Assembly (NCBI GenBank): GCA_030704615.1
Contig: CM060731.1
Location: 66,526,001-66,590,000 of the forward strand
Direction: 5' to 3'
Source of the DNA: Takakia lepidozioides
Lineage: Eukaryota; Plantae; Bryophyta
DNA: 64,000 bases
Shown here one piece after another: positions 63,412 through 64,000 of this stretch. The notes below the pieces were generated by a model. It was not told the origin of the DNA, did no database searches, and saw only the letters and a list, made by a program, of their open reading frames with translations. The first letter of the stretch is position 1; the number at the start of each line of letters is the position of its first letter. The position numbers and the translations under genes were made by a program.

Positions 63412-64000
63412 GTAATAACTTGGAAGGTCCACTCTGGGAGGACCCAATAACATGTCATGGACGTTAGCACTTAGCTCAAGAAGACCTTACTATTTACTTT
63501 TGACCTTCTGGGATGAGCAGTACCGGATAATAGATACTGAAAAGGCTTGGCCTTCGGCAAGATTTTTACCAACTGTGTGTTGACCTTAGAATTCTGAAGG
63601 ATCCTTGTATCAAGGGCGGCCCTCATACAAAAAAGACATACACCTAAAGATGATGAAACCCTTTGGAGCTTTATTTACAAACTGACAGAGGCGGCAGGCG
63701 GAGTGCAAGCATGGAGGAAGATAGGTTAGAACTTAGTCCTTGTCCTGCGCATGGAATGGTTGGCCCACAGCGCACAGATGGTGCACGTAGATCACATGTT
63801 GTGTGGTTGGCTCACAACCCATAAATCAATATGTGGGTATATGCAGATTGAGAGGAGGACCTGCAGAAAGGTTTTCGATACTCGTGAGTTGCAGATCTGG
63901 TAGTTGGCTCGTAACACACACCTAATCACAACGGGTGTCGGTCCTGGTGCCTGTGCAGGACGAACAAGGAATCCATGTCGGCCTTTTAGTTAACTAGTCC

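Noticed and set aside
61290-64000. Possible gene remnants (for example an ATG-led exon near 61298-61354 on the minus strand)
   Set aside because: No recognisable protein family or consistent exon chain.

Overview
Eukaryotic, plant-like genomic DNA (spliced genes, TTTAGGG repeats); a non-seed land plant such as a bryophyte is my inference. It holds three intact-looking host genes: CDP-diacylglycerol synthase (minus strand, runs off the window start), plastid omega-6 desaturase FAD6 (minus) and a SAP-WGR PARP2-type poly(ADP-ribose) polymerase (plus). Between and after them lie nested transposons: hAT, CACTA, Helitron, piggyBac-like, MULE-like, LINEs, a SINE and a solo LTR. The main feature is a 9.6-kb Ty3/Gypsy retroelement (46939-56526, minus strand, AGGA target duplication). 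(i) It carries a DNMT3-like C5 cytosine methyltransferase fragment between gag and RT, and a PHD finger after integrase. (ii) It has split direct repeats (B-internal-A-gc-B-A) instead of ordinary LTRs, although it encodes a DDE integrase. (iii) Its primer-binding site is complementary over 17 nt to its own 5' repeat. Together these fit self-primed reverse transcription and integration of a 2-LTR circle cut at an internal palindromic GACA^GC^TGTC site (inference). This copy is inactivated by stops, frameshifts and deletions. Coordinates were read by eye.
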